DNA of 64,000 nucleotides from Theionarchaea archaeon (GTDB lineage Archaea; Methanobacteriota_B; Thermococci; Methanofastidiosales; SZ-28-30): NCBI GenBank assembly GCA_018992685.1, contig JACVGT010000014.1, positions 1 to 64,000 of the forward strand, read 5' to 3'. Shown piece by piece: positions 58,834 to 64,000 of this stretch (position 1 is its first letter; each line of letters starts with the position of its first letter). The notes under the pieces were generated by a model. It saw only the letters and a program-made list of their open reading frames with translations, ran no database searches and was not told where the DNA came from. The position numbers and the translations under genes were made by a program.

Positions 58834-59673
58834 CTACGGTTTCTTGCCTTTTCCTTTGCTCTTACCCTTGTTCTTGTCTTTTCCCTTTCCTTTGCCGTTG
58901 TTGTTGCTGTCGCTTTCACTGTCCTCATCGTCTTTGTTGTTGCCATTTCCCTGATTCCCAAGAGAATTCTTCTCTCTGTTCTGTTCTCTGTTCTGTTCCT
59001 GGTTTTCATCCTCGCCTTCGTTCTGTTCTTCGTTCTGTTCTTCGTTTTCCTCTCCGTCCTCTCCGTTGTCTCTCTCGTACTTGCTCAGAGCATTCCCGGA
59101 GGTGTGGAGTGCAGCATTTGAAAGACCCTTTGCAGCACCAAGTTTTCCCTCTGCTGCCTTTTCAGCTGCCTTCTGCAGCAATTTAACAGCTACATTGTAT
59201 AGGGTCTCCACGGCCTGAGAAACTTCTCCCTCGCCTTCTTCGTCTTCTTCATCGTCGCCTATTTCATCGTCTCCGTCATCTTCGCCTTCTCCGTCATCTT
59301 CGCCTTCTCCGTCATCTTCGCCTTCTCCGTCATCTTCGCCTTCTCCGTCATCTTCGCCTTCTCCGTCATCTTCGCCTTCTCCGTCATCTTCGCCTTCTCC
59401 GTCATCGCCGTTAAGCAGCTCTTCAAGTTCTTTTATGTTATTGGCAGCATCAATGAACTGCTGTACCAGCGCTTCTGACATACCTTCGTTGTCGGCATCG
59501 TCAGGGAAGGGATCAAATTGATCAGGAATTCCATCGCCGTCAGAGTCAGCCCACGGATCAGTCTCTTCATCTTCTTCCGGAGGATCCTCTGAGTCTTCTG
59601 CAAGGATTGGATAGAGGTTTCCGATAAGCATCATGAGCATCAAGATCGCAATCAGCTTTTTCATGTAGTTCAC
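58834..59673 (-). CDS. Secreted acidic low-complexity protein with Lys/Gly tail
   Basis: Signal peptide; DSDGDGIPD..DPFP; (GEDDGE)7; KGKGK tail; AGGTGA RBS before ATG 59664. Confidence 0.8.
   Translation of the reverse strand: MNYMKKLIAILMLMMLIGNLYPILAEDSEDPPEEDEETDPWADSDGDGIPDQFDPFPDDADNEGMSEALVQQFIDAANNIKELEELLNGDDGEGEDDGEGEDDGEGEDDGEGEDDGEGEDDGEGEDDGEGEDDGDDEIGDDEEDEEGEGEVSQAVETLYNVAVKLLQKAAEKAAEGKLGAAKGLSNAALHTSGNALSKYERDNGEDGEENEEQNEEQNEGEDENQEQNREQNREKNSLGNQGNGNNKDDEDSESDSNNNGKGKGKDKNKGKSKGKGKKP
59271..59406. repeat. Perfect 18-bp tandem repeat, 7.5 copies (CTCCGTCATCTTCGCCTT)
   Basis: Identical units read directly from the sequence. Confidence 0.95.
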
Positions 59674-59869
59674 CTAATCCTCTTAGGCACGATCCTTTAT
59701 AAGCTTTTCGCCGAGTAGTCAGAATATTTTCAATCTTTTTAAGAAATTTCTTAAGTCTTTTGCGAAATATACAATACATGACAGTACTGTGTGTTATTGC
59801 GAAGGGAAACCCCCTGGAAAGATGCAGTCCTGCGCAATGTTTATAACTGACAATGGACTTTTGTTTTCC

Positions 59870-60361
59870 ATGAGATATGCAGCGATATTTCTGATCTTGT
59901 TGACTGCAGCGTGCATAGGTCAAGAATCTGAACAGCCCCAGGTGATGGCCACTCCTGAGGAAATCATAACCTCGTACGTTGAGGGTCTGAATCAGAGAAA
60001 TTTGGCTGAAATAGAGGACCTGACCCACCCCTACTTCGTCAATGATGCAGAACAGCTCCTGGACTTCGTCACAAATGAGAAGCTGAGATTCGAGATAGCA
60101 GGAATATCTCTTGTGATGGAAGAAGAAGAGTTCAGGGAAATGACAAAGGGACTCTCTGACGCCGAATTTGCCGAACAAATTGGAAAGAGAGGAAGGTCCT
60201 ATGAGGTCATAGTCACCGTCACCACTTCAGACACTTCTTATGAGGAGATTCTCCTGTTTATTGAATTGGGAGAAACTGAGGAAGGATGGAAAGTCATTGA
60301 ACCCAATGTGCTCCAGTTGCTGATTGAAACCTCATTGGAAGTCGCACAGGCAGAAGGTTAA
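59870..60361 (+). CDS. Predicted lipoprotein (NTF2-like fold possible)
   Basis: MRY plus hydrophobic stretch and LTAAC lipobox; GWKVI near the C-terminus. Confidence 0.7.
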   Translation: MRYAAIFLILLTAACIGQESEQPQVMATPEEIITSYVEGLNQRNLAEIEDLTHPYFVNDAEQLLDFVTNEKLRFEIAGISLVMEEEEFREMTKGLSDAEFAEQIGKRGRSYEVIVTVTTSDTSYEEILLFIELGETEEGWKVIEPNVLQLLIETSLEVAQAEG

Positions 60362-60661
60362 GAAAGCAGCCCGATAACCGTGTGTGTCTTCCTGAACCAG
60401 TATGTTCAGTAGCTACTGATTTCTGGATTTATCACTACCTACACATGAATAATGATCACATGCTGGGACAGAACGTTTGACTGAACGGTTTACACTGTGA
60501 TATTTGAAGCCGCATTGCGTGAAGAAACTCATCAGTTTACGAACAGTGATCCTGTCACACAGAGAGGATCAATGACTGGTGAGGTCCACTCTTTCAACAT
60601 ATCCTTGAGTAGGTCCTCGTGCAGGGATTAACTTATTTATGTCGTGTTTCCATGGAAGTAT

Positions 60662-61594
60662 ATGCTCATAATCAATGAACAATCTGTTCTTGACTGCATT
60701 ACAGCATGTTCTGAAGTAAAGAATATCGCGGTACAGGCTCCAGCAGGACTGAGGAAGAAAGCCTTGGAACTCAGCACCTTTCTGGAAAATGCAGGGTACA
60801 CAGTTTTTATTTCAGCTGCCCCCTGTTATGGTGCCTGTGATCTGGAGGAATTTGGAGATCTTCTGGTTCATGTTGGACACACTGAAATCTACTCTGCCAA
60901 GATACCCGTAGTCTACGCGGAGGTTATTGATGATTTTGACTTTATTCCCACGTTAGAAGAGAACTTGAATAAGATACCGGCGCGAGTTGGGCTCCTCACT
61001 ACTGCCCAGCACAAGCTCGAACTGGAGAGAGTTCAGAGGTATCTGAACACCAACCGAATTGAAACTCACACAGGTCTCGGATCAAGAACTGAATTCGAAG
61101 GTCAGATACTGGGCTGTGATCTCATGGCAGCAGTCAGCGTTTTGGAGGCAGTGGACGCTTTTCTCTACTTGGGAACAGGCGACTTTCATCCTCTGGGTGC
61201 AGCCATTGCCACGGGAAAGCCTGTATTCCGAGTATACGATACGTTTGAGATTGTAGATTTCGAGAAATTGTTGAGAAAGAGACATGCTCTCATCTTTGAA
61301 GCTTCCCGGAGATCAACCTTTGGCATCGTCATTAGCACAAGAAAAGGCCAGAACAGAATGAGTGAGGCCTTGGCCATTAAGTCCTACTTGAGAGAAAGAG
61401 GGAAGAACACTTTCCTTTTCGTGTGCAACGAAATCAGACCAGAGGTTCTGTATGGGTGCGATGCATATGTTATCTGCGCCTGTCCCAGGATTGCTTTGGA
61501 TGATGCTGCGCTGTATGATGCTCCTGTCCTGACCTGCACGGAAGTTCCCTTGATGTTTGAGGAAAGGGAGTATACTATGGATATGATCATATGA
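60662..61594 (+). CDS. dph2: Diphthamide biosynthesis enzyme Dph2
   Basis: Q.P.GL, CYGACD, HVGH, QILGC, G.FHP and ACPRI..DD motifs. Confidence 0.93.
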   Translation: MLIINEQSVLDCITACSEVKNIAVQAPAGLRKKALELSTFLENAGYTVFISAAPCYGACDLEEFGDLLVHVGHTEIYSAKIPVVYAEVIDDFDFIPTLEENLNKIPARVGLLTTAQHKLELERVQRYLNTNRIETHTGLGSRTEFEGQILGCDLMAAVSVLEAVDAFLYLGTGDFHPLGAAIATGKPVFRVYDTFEIVDFEKLLRKRHALIFEASRRSTFGIVISTRKGQNRMSEALAIKSYLRERGKNTFLFVCNEIRPEVLYGCDAYVICACPRIALDDAALYDAPVLTCTEVPLMFEEREYTMDMII

Positions 61595-62199
61595 AAAAAA
61601 AGACCCTGGCAATGATGCTATCTTCCCTAGAGACCGTTCATTCCTCCGCCTCCTTGGAACAGTACACCTTGTCAGGTGACGTGGCTGCAGATATCCTGAT
61701 CTATGCCTACGACTTTGAAGACGTATGCTCCAGGGCAGTGGCTGATCTGGGATGCGGGTCTGGAATTCTGGGAATTGGAGCTCTCCTCTTGGGAGCTGCA
61801 GGTGTTACTTTTGTGGACTGCGACTCCCGCGCAATTGAGATGGCACGGACAAACCTGATTACAGCAACAAAAGATTTAAAAGTGGGTAAAATAATTTTTG
61901 AATGTGGTAATATTCAAAATATTACACTCACCGCCGATACTGTGGTGCAGAACCCTCCTTTCGGGACGAAAAGGAAGGGTGCAGATGTGCAATTTCTGAA
62001 AAAAGCAACGGAAATTGCCCCAGTAGTATATTCGCTACACAAGAAGGGAAATGCAGGCTTCCTTTCACAGCAAACGCACCACACACTCACGCATGTAAAG
62101 GATATGACACTGCCATTATACAGGAATTATCCTTTTCACACAAAACGGGTGGTTAATGTAGAAGCAGAACTATTGCGGTTTGAAAAGGTGAAAATATGA
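61591..62199 (+). CDS. METTL5-family N6-adenine RNA methyltransferase
   Basis: LEQY, DLGCGSG and NPPFG motifs. Confidence 0.9.
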   Translation: MKKKTLAMMLSSLETVHSSASLEQYTLSGDVAADILIYAYDFEDVCSRAVADLGCGSGILGIGALLLGAAGVTFVDCDSRAIEMARTNLITATKDLKVGKIIFECGNIQNITLTADTVVQNPPFGTKRKGADVQFLKKATEIAPVVYSLHKKGNAGFLSQQTHHTLTHVKDMTLPLYRNYPFHTKRVVNVEAELLRFEKVKI

Positions 62200-62765
62200 A
62201 GGACGGAGAATTAGTCATGCCTGGCTCCTTTCTAGGAGTTGCAGAAGAATTCTTGCCGGGTAGAGGTGCGTTTGAAGAAGATGGAAAAATCTATGCCTCC
62301 ACCATTGGCATTGCTCGATATGATATGAAAGGAAGGAAAGCAGAAGTCAAACCAATGGTGAAACAGCCTCCAACCCCAACTTCAGGAGATATTGTCATTT
62401 GCCAGGTTGAACTCATGAGAGAAAAGATGGCATTGGTGGAAATCTTAGCACTGGAAGGATATGAAGATAGAGAGGTGACAGGCTCCACCAAGGCACGGAT
62501 CTATATCTCTCAAACTGCCCAGAGATATGTAAAGGATCTGGCGACTCAATTCCATGTTAATGATACTGTACGGGCCAAAGTAAGGAAAGCGCAGAGGGAG
62601 CCCTATGAGCTCTCTACAGCAGGCAATGATCTGGGAGTGGTCAGAGCTCTCTGTTCGAAGTGCCGCACTGTGCTGAAGCGCAAGGGCAATGTACTTGAAT
62701 GCCCTGAATGTGGGAACATCGAGATGAGAAAGCTGGCCTCTGACTATGGAAAAGGCCGGGTGTGA
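62196..62765 (+). CDS. csl4: Exosome subunit Csl4
   Basis: PG..LG..EEF.PG, S1 domain, LGVV.A.CSKC...CPECG..E.RK. Confidence 0.95.
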   Translation: MKDGELVMPGSFLGVAEEFLPGRGAFEEDGKIYASTIGIARYDMKGRKAEVKPMVKQPPTPTSGDIVICQVELMREKMALVEILALEGYEDREVTGSTKARIYISQTAQRYVKDLATQFHVNDTVRAKVRKAQREPYELSTAGNDLGVVRALCSKCRTVLKRKGNVLECPECGNIEMRKLASDYGKGRV

Positions 62766-62769
62766 TAGT

Positions 62770-63039
62770 GTGGAACTTGAAATTCTAACCCATGAGAAAA
62801 CCAGACTGGAAGCTGCTCTGAAGGGAGAAGATCATACTTTTGCCAACCTGCTTCGGCAGACGCTGAAAGAAGATACTCATGTTGTTTCTGCAGCGTACAA
62901 GGTGGGCCACCCCTTGCTTGACAAGGAGCGTCCAGTCCTTTTTTTGGAAACAGACGGCAAGGAAAGTCCCAAGGAAGCTCTGACCAAGGCTGCTCGCAAG
63001 ATAAAGGAGCAGATAAATGAATTTGGAGCAAAACTTTAA
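62770..63039 (+). CDS. rpoL: RNA polymerase subunit L (Rpo11)
   Basis: GEDHTFANLL...AAYKVGHP. Confidence 0.95.
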   Translation: MELEILTHEKTRLEAALKGEDHTFANLLRQTLKEDTHVVSAAYKVGHPLLDKERPVLFLETDGKESPKEALTKAARKIKEQINEFGAKL

Positions 63040-63421
63040 GGGATTTGGCGATGCTCTTATTAATTTCCTGTACTCGCTGGCTAAGTCCAAAGCAACGGGC
63101 ACCTGGACAGGGGAGAAAGTATCCAATTACGTTCTTTCACAGGCGCTGATTTTCTCAGAAATTAGTAATCCTGGAGGGATGGATAAGCACGAAAAGGGAG
63201 ACTATGTGGAAAGCTTCATCGCTCAAGCATGGGTTGACCGTGTCGTGAACACTGAGGAAGCTGTGGACGTGCTGGTAGGAGTCCTGAAAACCTACAATCT
63301 GGAAGAAGAAGAACAGAAAGCCATGACTGATGCTTTTCGCCATCTCCTGGATTACATACAAGAGAAACACAGGAAGTCGTTGAAGAAACCTTTGCGGAGA
63401 TTCCTGGGACTGATCACATGA
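63017..63421 (+). CDS. Archaeal ribonuclease III-like family protein
   Basis: FGDALINFLYSLA, G.KV.N..L..AL and GD.VE..IA.AW motifs. Confidence 0.8.
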   Translation: MNLEQNFKGFGDALINFLYSLAKSKATGTWTGEKVSNYVLSQALIFSEISNPGGMDKHEKGDYVESFIAQAWVDRVVNTEEAVDVLVGVLKTYNLEEEEQKAMTDAFRHLLDYIQEKHRKSLKKPLRRFLGLIT

Positions 63422-63987
63422 AGATTAAGCCTCAAATTCGCATTCTAGGAGTGGACGATGGTTCACTGTGTGGTCAGCGAATTCTGTTGGTTGGAGTAGT
63501 ATTTCGAGGAGGATTCTGGATTGATGGGCTCTTGAGTTGTGAAATCCAGCGAGATGGTACTGATGCTACAGAGAAGATCATCTCAATGGTGAGCAACACA
63601 AGACATGAAGACCTCAGGATTATTATGACAGATGGTATTACTTTTGCAGGGTTCAACACCATTGACATCAAGGCCATCTCTCAACAAACAGGGCTGGGGA
63701 TCATCCCTGTCATGAGGAGGATGCCGGATTTCCAGAAGATCTCCAGGGCACTGGAGAATTTTCCTGATAGAGATAAGAGATGGGAGTGTATTGAGAAAGC
63801 AGGACCGGTGTTCTCTGTCAAGGTTGGCCAGGGGGAGCTCTTTTACCAGGTTGCAGGACTCGAAAGAGAAGAAGCAGAGAAAGTAATTTCGCTAACCTGC
63901 ATGCACTCTCACCTGCCTGAACCCGTGAGGGTCGCACACATCATCGCCACAGGGGTTGTGCGAGGAGAAGCCTCCAAGAAACCATAG
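63418..63987 (+). CDS. DUF99 (endonuclease V-like) protein
   Basis: LGVDDG, DGTDAT, DGITFAGFN and PEPVRVAHIIA motifs. Confidence 0.88.
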   Translation: MKIKPQIRILGVDDGSLCGQRILLVGVVFRGGFWIDGLLSCEIQRDGTDATEKIISMVSNTRHEDLRIIMTDGITFAGFNTIDIKAISQQTGLGIIPVMRRMPDFQKISRALENFPDRDKRWECIEKAGPVFSVKVGQGELFYQVAGLEREEAEKVISLTCMHSHLPEPVRVAHIIATGVVRGEASKKP

Positions 63988-64000
63988 ACTTCCCGTGGAT

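Noticed and set aside
58777-59121. Very hydrophobic plus-strand ORF
   Set aside because: Antisense shadow of the Lys/Glu/Asn-rich protein on the minus strand
59271-59406. 18-bp repeats as a CRISPR array
   Set aside because: No spacers; in-frame tandem repeat inside a CDS

Overview
Archaeal chromosomal segment, shown by the histone, exosome and RNase P proteins, RpoP/RpoL, eL15/eL43/eS17 and BRE-TATA promoters. The gene content suggests an anaerobic, peptide-fermenting euryarchaeote of the Thermococci/Theionarchaea neighbourhood; this placement is inference only. Bases 1-6716 look like the end of an integrated accessory element: a five-gene cluster led by a heptad-repeat (ASGLVRD) protein, a GIY-YIG/KTSC/OLD-nuclease cassette and a tyrosine integrase. 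The rest is mostly core genome. It includes the rpl15e-RNase P-SBDS-exosome-rpl37ae-rpoP-Brix-pcc1 superoperon (lacking psmA), peptidases (S9, C1A, TldD/E, isoaspartyl), an aldehyde:ferredoxin oxidoreductase and scattered glycan-modifying genes. It also has an hdrCBA-mvhD(HTH)-hdrA'-mvhDGA cluster and a dph2-METTL5-csl4-rpoL operon. The most notable unannotated signal is a 27-aa peptide gene (MDCIRKLGGGPGVPTKLGGGPGVPTSN, 45759-45842) whose two repeats differ only at synonymous sites. It has a ribosome-binding site, a palindromic operator-like site and a terminator, and it converges on a duplicated Lrp/AsnC-like regulator. No tRNA, rRNA or CRISPR array was found. Where a start codon was refined from the ORF track, the refined coordinate is given.
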